Notes: generated by a model not told the origin, from the letters alone. 41,819 nucleotides of DNA from an uncultured Candidatus Methylacidiphilales bacterium (GCA_964657775.1 CAZZWT010000001.1:7453-49271); one strand, 5' to 3'. Positions 1 through 9,699 are shown, counted from the stretch's first letter. Translations and numbers: made by a program.

Positions 1-17
1 TGAGTGCGGGACTCAAC

Positions 18-200
18 AGGTAGCCGGCGCAGGTCCTTGCGCCGGAGGCGTCCTGCGGCAGGACGCCTGCGTGTGACTCAAAGCTCACTGTTTCGATTGA
101 GAGATTTGGATGAGGACGTTGTCCGATCCAATCGTGCGTCCCAGCGGTTGCATCCTGCTGGTCGCAACCGTTCCGGCGCAAGGGCCTGCGCCGGCTACCT
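18..200. repeat. GTAG-type REP doublet (REPIN/MITE-like element)
   Basis: AGGTAGCCGGCGCAGGTCCTTGCGCCGGA (18-46) and its inverted copy (172-200, 1 mismatch); each has GTAG followed by a hairpin; extra hairpins at 47-67 and 145-170; related copy at 24347-24500. Confidence 0.8.
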
Positions 201-248
201 TTCGATTTGCGCCATTTGTTGTTCCGTGCGGATCGAGTACATTGATTG

Positions 249-1259
249 GTGATTCCGTTTTCCATTCTCGATCTTTCTCCCATCGCCCAAGGCGCGACGC
301 CGGGCGAGGCGCTGCGCCGCTCGCTCGATCTCGCGAAACACGCGGAGCGCTGGGGCTACCAACGTTATTGGCTGGCGGAGCATCATAACATGACCGGGAT
401 CGCCAGCGCGGCGACGAGCGTGGTGATTGGGTTCGTGGCGGGCGGGACCAAAACAATTCGCGTGGGCTCGGGCGGCGTGATGCTGCCCAATCATTCGCCG
501 CTGGTGATTGCGGAACAGTTCGGCACTTTAGCGTCGCTCTATCCGGGTCGCATTGATCTCGGACTCGGTCGCGCGCCGGGCACGGACCAAGCCACCGCGC
601 GAGCGCTGCGCCGCGATCCGATGACGAGCGCGGATCGATTTCCTGAGGACGTGGTGGAATTAATGACCTACCTCGGGCCGCAGCATGCGGGCCAGCGCAT
701 CCAGGCCATCCCCGGTACCGGCACGCGCGTGCCCATCTGGCTGCTGGGCTCGAGTCTTTTCAGTGCACAACTCGCGGCACAGCTCGGGCTGCCTTTTGCC
801 TTTGCCTCCCACTTTGCGCCGGGCGATTGCCTGGAGGCGCTGGCGATTTATCGGCGCAAGTTCACGCCCTCCCTTCAATTGAAGAAGCCCCATGCGATGA
901 TCGGGGTGAATATTTTCGCTGCCGACTCGGATGAGGAAGCGCGCCGTCAATTCACCTCGGTGCAGCAGGCCTTCATCAACCTGCGCCGCGGCAAGCCCGG
1001 TCCCGTGCCGGCGCCGATTGATGACATCACAGCCTATGCGCAGGACTTTGAACTCGCGCAGATCGATCACGCGCTGGCGTATTCGGCGGTGGGTTCCGCG
1101 GAAACGGTGGAGCGCGAGTTGGGCGCGATCCTGGAGGACACCGAGCCGGATGAGTTGCTGATTACGGGCCATTTTTATGATCACGCGGCGCGGTTGCGGT
1201 CGTTTGAGATCGCGGCGCAGGTAAGGGAACGGTTAGCGGCGAAACCGGTGCTGGCTTAA
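249..1259 (+). CDS. LLM-class flavin-dependent oxidoreductase (luciferase-like monooxygenase)
   Basis: SILDL start, [42 protein letters not shown] motifs; GTG start at 249 preferred over TTG at 246. Confidence 0.93.
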   Translation: MIPFSILDLSPIAQGATPGEALRRSLDLAKHAERWGYQRYWLAEHHNMTGIASAATSVVIGFVAGGTKTIRVGSGGVMLPNHSPLVIAEQFGTLASLYPGRIDLGLGRAPGTDQATARALRRDPMTSADRFPEDVVELMTYLGPQHAGQRIQAIPGTGTRVPIWLLGSSLFSAQLAAQLGLPFAFASHFAPGDCLEALAIYRRKFTPSLQLKKPHAMIGVNIFAADSDEEARRQFTSVQQAFINLRRGKPGPVPAPIDDITAYAQDFELAQIDHALAYSAVGSAETVERELGAILEDTEPDELLITGHFYDHAARLRSFEIAAQVRERLAAKPVLA

Positions 1260-1269
1260 GCCATTTACC

Positions 1270-1297
1270 CTCGTTCCCAAATGGACATGGGAACGAG
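1270..1297. terminator. Hairpin between convergent genes (terminator or REP-like)
   Basis: CTCGTTCCCA-N8-TGGGAACGAG perfect 10-bp stem just after the LLM stop codon. Confidence 0.55.
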
Positions 1298-1384
1298 CGG
1301 TTTTGACTTCGATTTCGTTATTGATCGCGAAACGCCACTGGTGTCACCGGCGGTTCTGGATCGCCGCTACATTTGTGGAAAGCG

Positions 1385-2452
1385 TTACCGCGGATCCGCC
1401 GCCACGTGCTTGTTCGTGGCCGTGTTGCTCGTCACCGGGGCGGTGATGGTGGTGGTCGCGGTGGGACGTTCGATGACGGCGAAGCTGTAATTGAAGAGCT
1501 TGTCGTCGCGGCGGACAACCACATTCATGTTCGTGCCGACGGTGCTGAAGAAGGACGCATCAAGCACATCGGCGGGGCGATAAACTTCGCGCGAGCCGAT
1601 GCGCATCACCGTGTCGCCGGGGCGGATGCCGCTCTCGCTGGCGGGCGTGCCGGGGGCGATGGAGACGACGCGAACGGTCCGGCCATCCTTGGCGATGTCG
1701 GGCTGCTCCATGATGTTGACGCCGACCCAACCGTGCTTGGCGTGGCCGAACTGGTTGAAGTCCGACATGATCTTGGCGATGGCCTCGACCGGCAGCGCGT
1801 AAACGGAACGGCCGCTATCGGGGCTAGTAGCGACGAGGCCGACCACTTCACCGTGCGAATTCAACAGCGGGCCGCCGACCTGGCCGGGGCTGATCGGGAC
1901 GTTGGCGTGAATATGCGTGGTAGCAAAACGCTCGAGCGCAGCGACGGACCCCTTGGCGGGATCGCTGCTGTTCACGCCCGTGAGAAAGCTGGCGTCGAAC
2001 CCGCTGACCGGCCCTTGCGAAGGCGAAATGGGCAGGTTGAGCGGATAGCCAATCGTCATGACACCGTCGCCGGATTGCAGGTTGCTGGCGTGGGCCAGGG
2101 GCAAGGCCGGGCTGGCGCCGTAAGATACGCGCAACATGGCCAGGCCGCTGCGGGAATCGTTGCCAAGAATCTTCGCGTCCATCTCCACTCCGTTGATGAC
2201 GACGCGCGCTGTCGGGTTATCGCCGAGGATGGTCGATGAGGTCAGCACCGTGCCTTGGTCATCGATGAAAAAGCCGCTGCCTGCCAGAACGAACCCGGCA
2301 TCGCCCGAACGCACCTGCACGACGGAGGCCTTGGCCTTATCGAAGAGCGCGTTCGATTCGTCGCTGGTCAGTTGAAAGACATCCGCCACCGCGAGTTGTG
2401 GCAACGCAGCGAGGAGCGCGACGAGTACCGCCGCGATGGCCCAACGCCCCAT
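1385..2452 (-). CDS. HtrA/DegS-like trypsin-fold + PDZ protein with degenerate catalytic triad
   Basis: Signal-peptide-like N-terminus (MGRWAIAAVLVALLAALP), GSGFFI, IGYP, GGPLLN..GEVVG, PDZ (GWVGV...PASESGIRPGD); triad positions read T, G, V. Start moved to 2452 to avoid overlap with the upstream gene. Confidence 0.88.
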   Translation of the reverse strand: MGRWAIAAVLVALLAALPQLAVADVFQLTSDESNALFDKAKASVVQVRSGDAGFVLAGSGFFIDDQGTVLTSSTILGDNPTARVVINGVEMDAKILGNDSRSGLAMLRVSYGASPALPLAHASNLQSGDGVMTIGYPLNLPISPSQGPVSGFDASFLTGVNSSDPAKGSVAALERFATTHIHANVPISPGQVGGPLLNSHGEVVGLVATSPDSGRSVYALPVEAIAKIMSDFNQFGHAKHGWVGVNIMEQPDIAKDGRTVRVVSIAPGTPASESGIRPGDTVMRIGSREVYRPADVLDASFFSTVGTNMNVVVRRDDKLFNYSFAVIERPTATTTITAPVTSNTATNKHVAADPR

Positions 2453-2498
2453 GCGTGGAAAACCCAATACCCGTGGGAATAGAGCCCGTGAAGGGACT

Positions 2499-2984
2499 CT
2501 AAAACGCCACAGTTTTATCATAGGCCCCAGGGGAGTTGTTCGCCAAAACATAGCGGGTTGCAGCCGCATCGGTCCGGTTCGGGGTAAAATCAGCCGACTT
2601 CGGCGCCGAGGAGGCCGCCGGGTAGAAAGAAGCGGGCATCATCGCAAACGAGGTATCGTGGCTCGGCATGCGGAAGGTGAGCTTGCTGGGGGCGCCGTTT
2701 TCGCTCACGACCTGAACCTGCTGCGAGAGGCCGACGCAGGCCGTGATGGCGATGGCCGCCGCCACAGAGGCGTAGGAAAGCGAAGGAACGAGCTCGAAGC
2801 CGGAGACCTTTTCCTTCACCCAGCCCGAGAGGCGGGCGAACATCGACTTCCGGGCCAGCAACTGAACGCGCTGGCGGTGGTGAAATTCGGCCAGAAACTG
2901 ATCAACCTGAGTATCCTGAGGCAAATCCAGCCGCGTCGAGGCCAGTAATTGGCGCAAGGCGGAAAAGTCGTTGTCTTGTTCCAT
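2499..2984 (-). CDS. Putative anti-sigma factor (single-pass membrane protein)
   Basis: Directly downstream of the ECF sigma; one hydrophobic segment (YASVAAAIAITACVGL); position matches sigma/anti-sigma/HtrA operons. Confidence 0.6.
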   Translation of the reverse strand: MEQDNDFSALRQLLASTRLDLPQDTQVDQFLAEFHHRQRVQLLARKSMFARLSGWVKEKVSGFELVPSLSYASVAAAIAITACVGLSQQVQVVSENGAPSKLTFRMPSHDTSFAMMPASFYPAASSAPKSADFTPNRTDAAATRYVLANNSPGAYDKTVAF

Positions 2985-2987
2985 ATG

Positions 2988-3644
2988 TTATAAATAGTTC
3001 TTTAGGTACTTCTGTAACTGCTTATGAGCGTAGAATAACCGTGACCGAACCGTCTCTTCCTTGCAGTTCATGATTTTGCTGATTTCCGCATGGCTATGGC
3101 CCTGGATATCGAACAAAGTCACGACTGCCCTGTGTTCGTCTGACAGTTTCATCATCGATTCGTTCAATTTTTTTTTCAAATCGCCGAGCCGAGCCTGCTT
3201 TTCTGCGTCGCCAGAAGCACTTACGTCAATAAACTCGGAGCGATTTTGCAGGTCCAAGTCAGCATCATCCATGCTCAGGTTGTTCCGGTGCTTGTTTCTT
3301 TTGATGAAATTAACGGTCAGGTTGAACCCGATGCGGTAAAGCCAGGTGAAAAACTCCGAATCGAGCCGGAAGGAGTGGATGCTCTTGTAGGCCTTCTCAA
3401 AGGTCTCCATGGCGAGGTCCCAGGCGTCCGTCTGGTTGTTCGTCATATTATAGAGCATGCCGAGTAGCCGGGGCTGGTACCGGCGCACCAGCTCGTCGAA
3501 CGCGGTCGGATCGCCCGCCTGCGTGCGTTGCACGAGGATGCGGTCGGTGATCTCCTGACTTTCCGGCGTGACGGCTGGTTCCATGCTCCCCCTCTCCGCA
3601 GGCACCTTATCCAAAGGCAGGTGGGCGGCAAGTGCGGGCGTCAT
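2988..3644 (-). CDS. ECF RNA polymerase sigma factor (RpoE/SigW-like)
   Basis: Region 2 (AFDELVRRYQ...DAWDLAMETFEKAY...FFTWLYRI) and region 4 (SHAEISKIMNCKEETVRSRLFYA); AGGAG precedes ATG 3644. Confidence 0.93.
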   Translation of the reverse strand: MTPALAAHLPLDKVPAERGSMEPAVTPESQEITDRILVQRTQAGDPTAFDELVRRYQPRLLGMLYNMTNNQTDAWDLAMETFEKAYKSIHSFRLDSEFFTWLYRIGFNLTVNFIKRNKHRNNLSMDDADLDLQNRSEFIDVSASGDAEKQARLGDLKKKLNESMMKLSDEHRAVVTLFDIQGHSHAEISKIMNCKEETVRSRLFYAHKQLQKYLKNYL

Positions 3645-3722
3645 GGTTCTCCTAGGACAGGCTAGCAATAATTTAGCCGGTTTCCACGTTAAATCCATGA
3701 AAGCGGTGCTGCGCAGCAAGGT

Positions 3723-4406
3723 CTAAGGCTCTTCGCCGCGCTCGTAGGCGTCGCGGCGTTGGGAAAAGAAAGCACGCATCTCGTCGATGCTGGGCGGGTT
3801 CGGCAGCAGGGCTTCATAGCCTTCATCCTCACTGCTTGGCTGTGCAGAACAAAGTCGGTTGGCCGCGTGATCGTACTGGCCTTCCGCTCCGCCTCGCACA
3901 AAAGCATCGTAGAAATTCCTCCACGTGAAACCGTGAAATTTCATCATCACATAAAGATCAAACCAATCGCGGGCCTTGGCTCGTTTGGCCGTAAGCAGGG
4001 ATTTTAAGGCGAAGATTTCAGGTACCGTCGCAAGGCGAAGAGGAGCGCCATCACGTTGTTCCAACACTCTTCTCGCCGCTAGATCGACGCAAAAGAACGT
4101 GACCTTCACGAGACCATTTACCACGAAGGTCTGCGAGAAATCGTTGAGATCGAGATTGGCGTCATCCGCCTCACGTTCGGCCAAGGGATCCTGGTCAGGC
4201 TCTAAACTCAACTTCTCCAAGGATTCCGGCAACTGGCTCAGCACAGCCCGCGGCAATTTGGGATGAGGCCAAGCGAAATCCAAATCTTCGCTGATGCGGT
4301 GGTCCAGATGCAGCGCGAGCGCCGAGCCGCCAACTAAGACGAAGCCGCGCAACTCCGGCCTAGTGGAGAGCGCCTGCCAGATGGTGTTGGTCGGCTCTCT
4401 CAGCAT
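3723..4406 (-). CDS. AbiEii/AbiGii-family nucleotidyltransferase toxin
   Basis: LVGGSALALHLDHRISEDLDF and K....KRAKARDWFDLY motifs. Confidence 0.88.
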   Translation of the reverse strand: MLREPTNTIWQALSTRPELRGFVLVGGSALALHLDHRISEDLDFAWPHPKLPRAVLSQLPESLEKLSLEPDQDPLAEREADDANLDLNDFSQTFVVNGLVKVTFFCVDLAARRVLEQRDGAPLRLATVPEIFALKSLLTAKRAKARDWFDLYVMMKFHGFTWRNFYDAFVRGGAEGQYDHAANRLCSAQPSSEDEGYEALLPNPPSIDEMRAFFSQRRDAYERGEEP

Positions 4407-4662
4407 GTTGGAATCTTATGGCAAGATTTCTGAGAATCCTAGACACCATTTCCAGGTGCGATGGCGTGACCTCTTTTCTCCGCAATTCGTCCCAGTCACG
4501 ACGCACCCGATCCAAGCCAAACTCTTCACCGATCGCGAGAATTTGATGGAAACGTGGGCGAGTCAAAGCCGCCATGATCATCACCGAATCGCTTGCCTTG
4601 CGGTTGGACCAAACCAAGCCGGGGAATTTCTTCCAGAAGAGGTCGCGGCGCACGTCATCCAT
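4360..4662 (-). CDS. Small protein, putative antitoxin partner of the AbiEii toxin
   Basis: Overlaps the toxin start; about 100 aa; CATATT -10-like box 5 nt before ATG 4662. Confidence 0.65.
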   Translation of the reverse strand: MDDVRRDLFWKKFPGLVWSNRKASDSVMIMAALTRPRFHQILAIGEEFGLDRVRRDWDELRRKEVTPSHLEMVSRILRNLAIRFQHAERADQHHLAGALH

Positions 4663-4730
4663 GACGGAATATGCGGCAGGTCGCTCACTTTGACAACAAG
4701 GGGGAAATGAATCAAATTGCATCGAATCTG

Positions 4731-4752
4731 GTGATACGTATTATTGTATCAC
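4731..4752. promoter_or_regulatory. Palindromic operator over the Phd-VapC promoter
   Basis: GTGATAC-N8-GTATCAC immediately before ATG 4754, spanning a TATTAT/TATTGT -10-like box; TTGCAT at 4717-4722. Confidence 0.65.
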
Positions 4753-4753
4753 T

Positions 4754-5047
4754 ATGAAAACGGCCACAGTGCGCGAGTTGCGGAACAACTTCTCCAAAAT
4801 ATCGGGCTGGCTCGAGTCTGGCGAAAAAGTGGAGGTCACCAAACGTGGTCTTCCATACGCCAAGATAGAACTGACCTCGCCGGCCCAAAGGACAAAGCAT
4901 GTCTCGCAGATGACCGTGAAGGAAAGACAGGCATTTTTCCGCAAGCGCTTTGGGGCCGCGCATCGTCGCAGGATGAAAGAGATCTTTGGCGACAAGATCC
5001 TGCCCGGCAACGGTGTCCTCCGGATGCGTGAAAGCGGCAAATGGTGA
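4754..5047 (+). CDS. Phd/YefM-family antitoxin
   Basis: MKTATVRELRNNFSKI...GEKVEVTKRGLPYA signature; overlaps the PIN gene. Confidence 0.9.
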   Translation: MKTATVRELRNNFSKISGWLESGEKVEVTKRGLPYAKIELTSPAQRTKHVSQMTVKERQAFFRKRFGAAHRRRMKEIFGDKILPGNGVLRMRESGKW

Positions 5048-5484
5048 TCTATCCGGACACCAGCTTTCTCTTCTCGCTCTACGTTCCGGAGGACACTTCG
5101 GCCTTGGCCGCCGCCTACGCGGCCAAAACAGTCGAACCCTTCGTCTTTACTCCATTTCATCGATTGGAACTTCGCTCCGCGATGCGATTGCGCGCTTTTC
5201 GTAAGGAACTAAATCTCGACGACCTTCGCACGGCCCTCCGCGATAGCGAAGAAGACTTGGCTGCGGGAATCTTACAGCATACGCCGGTGGATTGGTCTCA
5301 CGCTCTCCGTGAAGCCGAACGCATCAGCGCGGCCCATCTGGTCGAAATTGGCGCTCGTTCCGGCGATCTTTTCCACGTGGCGGTCGCATTCGTGCTGGGC
5401 GCCCATGAATTCCTGACTTTTGATCTACGCCAACAAGCTCTCGCCCGTCGCGCGGGGTTGAAGGTAAAGGCCTGGCGAAAATAA
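5041..5484 (+). CDS. vapC: VapC-family PIN-domain toxin
   Basis: IYPDTSFL, LELRSA, RSGDLFHVA, FLTFDLRQ acidic PIN motifs. Confidence 0.9.
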   Translation: MVIYPDTSFLFSLYVPEDTSALAAAYAAKTVEPFVFTPFHRLELRSAMRLRAFRKELNLDDLRTALRDSEEDLAAGILQHTPVDWSHALREAERISAAHLVEIGARSGDLFHVAVAFVLGAHEFLTFDLRQQALARRAGLKVKAWRK

Positions 5485-5506
5485 CGCCTGCCGTAATCGA
5501 CCCGCC

Positions 5507-6481
5507 CTACGCCGCCGCCGGCGCTTCGGTAAAGAAGACGGTGTAGATTTCCTGCGCCTTCACCAGCTCTTCCACCGCGATCGCTTCGAAGTCGATCTTC
5601 TTGCCGTAATTGCTGAGCCAGACGAATTCCTGCGTTTCCTTGATTTCGTCCATGGTCAGGTTCGAGCGGCCGAGGAAATCGAGCTGACAGCCGTCGGCGA
5701 TCTTGTCGCAGACGCTCAAGATGATGCCGAGGAAAAGCGGGTTTTGGTTCGGCGCGACGACAGTCGAGGTGGTCATCAGCATCTTCTTGTGGTGATAGGC
5801 AATCGCATCGATCGCGCGCAGCGGCAACATCGAGCGCGCTGCGATAGCCGCCGCGATGTTCGCGTGGCTGAACGGCAGCACTTCCTTTTCCGCCGTATCG
5901 ATGTCTTTTTCGGAAGTCATAATCCGCGTGAACTCATCGGGAAAATGGGTGCTGAGAAAAAGCCAGCCGATGTCGTGCACCAGGCCGGCGAGGTATTCCG
6001 ACCCGTCGGTTTGGAAATAGGTGCCGGCAATCCGCTCGCTCAAGCGCGCCACGAAAATATTGCGCAGCCAAAACACGTCCCACTCCGGCGGTACGGCCAG
6101 GCCGGAAAATTGCGAGAGCACACCAGCGTTGAAAACCAGCTCCCGCACGCGCTTGAAGCCGATGTAGCGGATCGCCTCGGAAACGTTCGTCGCCTTGGCG
6201 CCATAGGCGGCGGAGTTGGCCACGCGAAAAATGCGCGACGTCAGCGCGGCGTCGAGCATGACCACATCCTCGCACTCCTCCAGCGAGCTGTTCTGCGCAT
6301 TAACCAAGCGCCAGAGCTTGCCCAGCGGGCTCGACGCAGCCGGCACGATTTCGCCCTGCGAATTGAGCAGGGTGAGCAGCTTGGCCCGCAAGCGCGACTT
6401 GCTTGGGTCGGTCGAGTTCGGCAACAAGTCCTCGAAGCGATTGGCCGTCCGCAGCCGCGTGTTAGCGGAAATAGTATCCAT
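5507..6481 (-). CDS. HDOD domain protein
   Basis: DAALTSRIFRVANSAAYG, EAIRYIG, AGLVHDIG, AIAYHH motifs. Confidence 0.88.
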   Translation of the reverse strand: MDTISANTRLRTANRFEDLLPNSTDPSKSRLRAKLLTLLNSQGEIVPAASSPLGKLWRLVNAQNSSLEECEDVVMLDAALTSRIFRVANSAAYGAKATNVSEAIRYIGFKRVRELVFNAGVLSQFSGLAVPPEWDVFWLRNIFVARLSERIAGTYFQTDGSEYLAGLVHDIGWLFLSTHFPDEFTRIMTSEKDIDTAEKEVLPFSHANIAAAIAARSMLPLRAIDAIAYHHKKMLMTTSTVVAPNQNPLFLGIILSVCDKIADGCQLDFLGRSNLTMDEIKETQEFVWLSNYGKKIDFEAIAVEELVKAQEIYTVFFTEAPAAA

Positions 6482-6545
6482 GTTTGGCGAAGCTGTTTGG
6501 AACTAAAGTGTAGGGTAGTCCTTCGGGCGTGAATAGACAGCTAAA

Positions 6546-7940
6546 TTAGCCGACCCAGAGCTCGGGTTTCGACGTGTCGTACCCCGCGGTGCGGTACTCG
6601 CGCAGCTTGTTGCGCAGGGTGCGGAGGCTGATGCCGAGCTTCTCTGCCGCGCGCGTCTTGTTCTGGTTGGTCTGCAGCAGCATGCTGCCGATGAGCCGGC
6701 GCTCCATTTCGTCCACGGTGGGCAGCGTATCGGCGACGTTGAGGCCGCCGGTGAAGCGGGCGGTCTTTTCCTCAAGGCCGAGTTCCGGCACTTCGACGGG
6801 ACCGTCCTGCGCCGTCATGATGACCGCGCGCTCAAGCGTGTTTTGCAGCTCGCGCACGTTGCCCGGCCAGCGGTAGCCGCGCAGCCGCTCCAGGCCGAGC
6901 GGCGTGACGCCCTGGATCGTCTTGCCATGCTTGCGCGCGAAGTGGGCGACGTAAAAGTCGACCAATTCCCCCAAGTCATCCCCGCGCAGGCGGAGCGGCG
7001 GCAGGTTGATCGGCACGACGTTGAGGCGATAGAAAAGATCCTCGCGGAATCGGCCCTGGCGGACTTCCTCCTGCAAGTCACGATTGGTGCTGGCGATGAG
7101 GCGCACGTCAACGCGGATGGTCTTGTTGCCACCGACCCGCTCGAATTCGCGTTCTTGCAAGACGCGCAAAAGCTTCACCTGCAGGCTGAGCGGAATTTCG
7201 GCGATTTCGTCCAAAAGCAGGGTGCCGCCATTGGCCGTTTCGAAGCGGCCCTCGCGGCGCGAGACCGCGCCGGTGAACGCGCCCTTTTCGTGCCCAAAGA
7301 ACTCGCTTTCCAGCAACGTCTCCGGCACGGCGGCGCAGTTCACCTTGATGAACGGCATGTTCGCCCGCGTGCTGTGCTGCACGATGGCATGCGCGACCAC
7401 TTCCTTGCCGGTCCCGCTTTCGCCTTGAATCAATACGGTGGCCTGAGTCTGCGCGACTTTCTTGACCATCTCGAGGATGTCCTGCATCAGCCCGCTTTTG
7501 CCCCAGACGACGCCGCTCCCCTCCCCGTCGGCCTGCACCTGCTGGCGGAGGTAGGAGTTCTCGCTCTGGAGTTGTTTCATCGATTCAAGCCGCTGCAGCA
7601 CGAGGTCGAGCTGCGCCGGGACGATCGGCTTGATCATGTAATCGAAAAGGCCAATGCGGATCGCCTCGACGGCGGTTTCCATCGTGGCGTAGCCGGTCAT
7701 TAGAATGCCAAACGTGCGCGGCGCGATTTGCTTGAGCTGCTTGAGCAGGTCGAGGCCGTTGCCATCGTCCAGGCGCAAGTCGGCAATAACCAAGTCGAAG
7801 TTATCGCTGCGCAGTGCTTCCTCGCCCTGCTGCACGGAGCGGACGCCCAGCGCGGTGTAACCTTGCGATCCCAAGTAATCGACGAGCATGCGCCGCAAGG
7901 CGTCGTCGTCATCAACAATTAAAATTCGATCGGCTCTCAT
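6546..7940 (-). CDS. Sigma54-dependent response regulator (NtrC family: REC-AAA-HTH)
   Basis: ILIVDDD and DLRL receiver, GESGTGKE Walker A, ESEFFGHEKGAFTGA, WPGNVRELQN, Fis-type HTH. Confidence 0.95.
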   Translation of the reverse strand: MRADRILIVDDDDALRRMLVDYLGSQGYTALGVRSVQQGEEALRSDNFDLVIADLRLDDGNGLDLLKQLKQIAPRTFGILMTGYATMETAVEAIRIGLFDYMIKPIVPAQLDLVLQRLESMKQLQSENSYLRQQVQADGEGSGVVWGKSGLMQDILEMVKKVAQTQATVLIQGESGTGKEVVAHAIVQHSTRANMPFIKVNCAAVPETLLESEFFGHEKGAFTGAVSRREGRFETANGGTLLLDEIAEIPLSLQVKLLRVLQEREFERVGGNKTIRVDVRLIASTNRDLQEEVRQGRFREDLFYRLNVVPINLPPLRLRGDDLGELVDFYVAHFARKHGKTIQGVTPLGLERLRGYRWPGNVRELQNTLERAVIMTAQDGPVEVPELGLEEKTARFTGGLNVADTLPTVDEMERRLIGSMLLQTNQNKTRAAEKLGISLRTLRNKLREYRTAGYDTSKPELWVG

Positions 7941-8159
7941 AGGTAAATTATGGTCGCTAGACGGTAGAAGTTGCTCTTCTGTTTTCAATCAATAGGCACT
8001 TTCTGCCATTAGGCAAGAACGAACTGTATTAATATCATACGATCCGGCAAAAATGTTCGTCTCAAAGGAGTAGCAGGTCAGTAACAAAGAGTTAGAGGGC
8101 CAAAGAATGTTTTGGACCGCTCGCCAGCGGATCACGCGCCAAGAGCAAAACCACGCGAA

Positions 8160-8657
8160 ATGACCGTCCTGAAATCCAGGCAAACCAGCCCGGTCTTGCA
8201 GGTGGAGATGGGGGAAGCTAAAGTAAATGTGGCTCCATCGTTGAGGATCCACCGGACTCCGAAGGCTATGAACCACCTCGTTAATCCTGAAAATTATCAG
8301 TGGGTTATGGAATGCCCGAGCTGCCAGGTCGAAGGCACTTTTCGCATGGGAAAATCCAATTCCGGCGTGGTCATTTGCAACGCTTGTGGCGCAACCACCC
8401 CCTACGACACGCTCAAGGAACGAGCTCATTATCGACTCAGAGAGGACGCAGCCAAGGATGGCAAGCAAACCCTTCTTCGCGAATTCAAGTCGGTCAAAAA
8501 TCTGCAGGCGCGCTTGGGCAATGCCATCGCGCTGGCCAAGGCATCGCCCGAGAATCTAAAGAAAGACGAGTTGATGGCGTGCCTTTTGGACATTCGGAAG
8601 TTAGCGGAAAAAATACGGGCGGACCTCGAGGCGGATATTAATACCTATGGACTGTGA
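8160..8657 (+). CDS. Hypothetical zinc-ribbon protein with C-terminal helical region
   Basis: CPSC...CNAC pair; divergent from the sigma54 regulator; start uncertain. Confidence 0.65.
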   Translation: MTVLKSRQTSPVLQVEMGEAKVNVAPSLRIHRTPKAMNHLVNPENYQWVMECPSCQVEGTFRMGKSNSGVVICNACGATTPYDTLKERAHYRLREDAAKDGKQTLLREFKSVKNLQARLGNAIALAKASPENLKKDELMACLLDIRKLAEKIRADLEADINTYGL

Positions 8658-8751
8658 GGACAGCTCGGCTCCGGCACTGGCCGTTCAAGCCCGATTGGCA
8701 CCGCCGAGAAAGCTTGTGAATTCCCGGAGAAAGGTTATCTGAGAACCTCCC

Positions 8752-9699
8752 GTGAAACCCCTCACCGCTGACCACCATCCCGATTGCTATCCATCCGATC
8801 CAGCAGCGGCGCTCGACTTTTTCCGCGCCGCCTTCGATTCCTTTTCCGCCAAGGACATTCCCGTCGCACCAGTCGCGGCCGAGCTGCTTGGGGTCGTTAC
8901 GCCGCACATCGATTTCCGTGTCAGCCAGCGCGCCTACGCCGCCGCGTTCCGCCCGCTGCTCGATCAACCGTTAGCGGACACCTATATCCTTCTGGGTGTT
9001 GGCCATCGCTCACGGCTAGAATGGAATTTGGACCGGCGCGATTACGTCACTCCGCTCGGCACGGCCGTGAACGCGGTCGACCTGGTCGAGGACCTCACCC
9101 ATGGCGCAGAGGCCAAGCGCTTCTTCTCACCCGAGGCGCACGAAGGCGAACACTCGATCGAGTTCGCGCTGCTGTGGCTGCAAGCCTTGCACAAACTCCA
9201 CCCGGATAAGACACAGCGGGATCGCCCCTTCCGCTATGTTCCGCTTCTCTGCGGCGGCATGCACAGTTACATTGATGGCCCGCTGGAGTGGGAAGAACTC
9301 GGCCAGTTCCATTTCCTAAGCCAGACGCTGGCCAAGCTCCTCGACGATACGCCGGGCGGGCAGACGGTCCGCGTCATCGTCAGCATCGATGGCTGCCACC
9401 TGGGCCCGCGTTTCGACCATCCGTTCCAGGTCACACCCGTGTTGCTGCGCACGACGGACGGCTGGGAAAAACTCCTGTGGGACCAAGTCGCCGCCGGCGA
9501 CGCGCGCAAATTCCTCGACTGGATGCGCAACGAAGGCAACGACCGCTACTTCGACGGCGTCGGCGCGCTTAGCCTGCTCCTCAACGCCGGCAACCTGAGC
9601 CGCCGCAGGAACCTCCAGATTCAGCGCACCTTCTACGAGCAATGGTTTACCGAGCAGGACGCCAGCGCGGTGACGTTTTCCAGTGGGATGGTAGCGTGA
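8752..9699 (+). CDS. amrB: MEMO1-family protein (AmmeMemoRadiSam system protein B)
   Basis: PHIDF, LGVGH, TPLG, HEGEHSIE, DGCHLG motifs. Confidence 0.82.
   Translation: MKPLTADHHPDCYPSDPAAALDFFRAAFDSFSAKDIPVAPVAAELLGVVTPHIDFRVSQRAYAAAFRPLLDQPLADTYILLGVGHRSRLEWNLDRRDYVTPLGTAVNAVDLVEDLTHGAEAKRFFSPEAHEGEHSIEFALLWLQALHKLHPDKTQRDRPFRYVPLLCGGMHSYIDGPLEWEELGQFHFLSQTLAKLLDDTPGGQTVRVIVSIDGCHLGPRFDHPFQVTPVLLRTTDGWEKLLWDQVAAGDARKFLDWMRNEGNDRYFDGVGALSLLLNAGNLSRRRNLQIQRTFYEQWFTEQDASAVTFSSGMVA

Noticed and set aside
8126-8142. Sigma54-like motif TTGGCGCGTGATCCGC on the minus strand
   Set aside because: Poor -12 element and far from the regulator start, which has its own -10-like box
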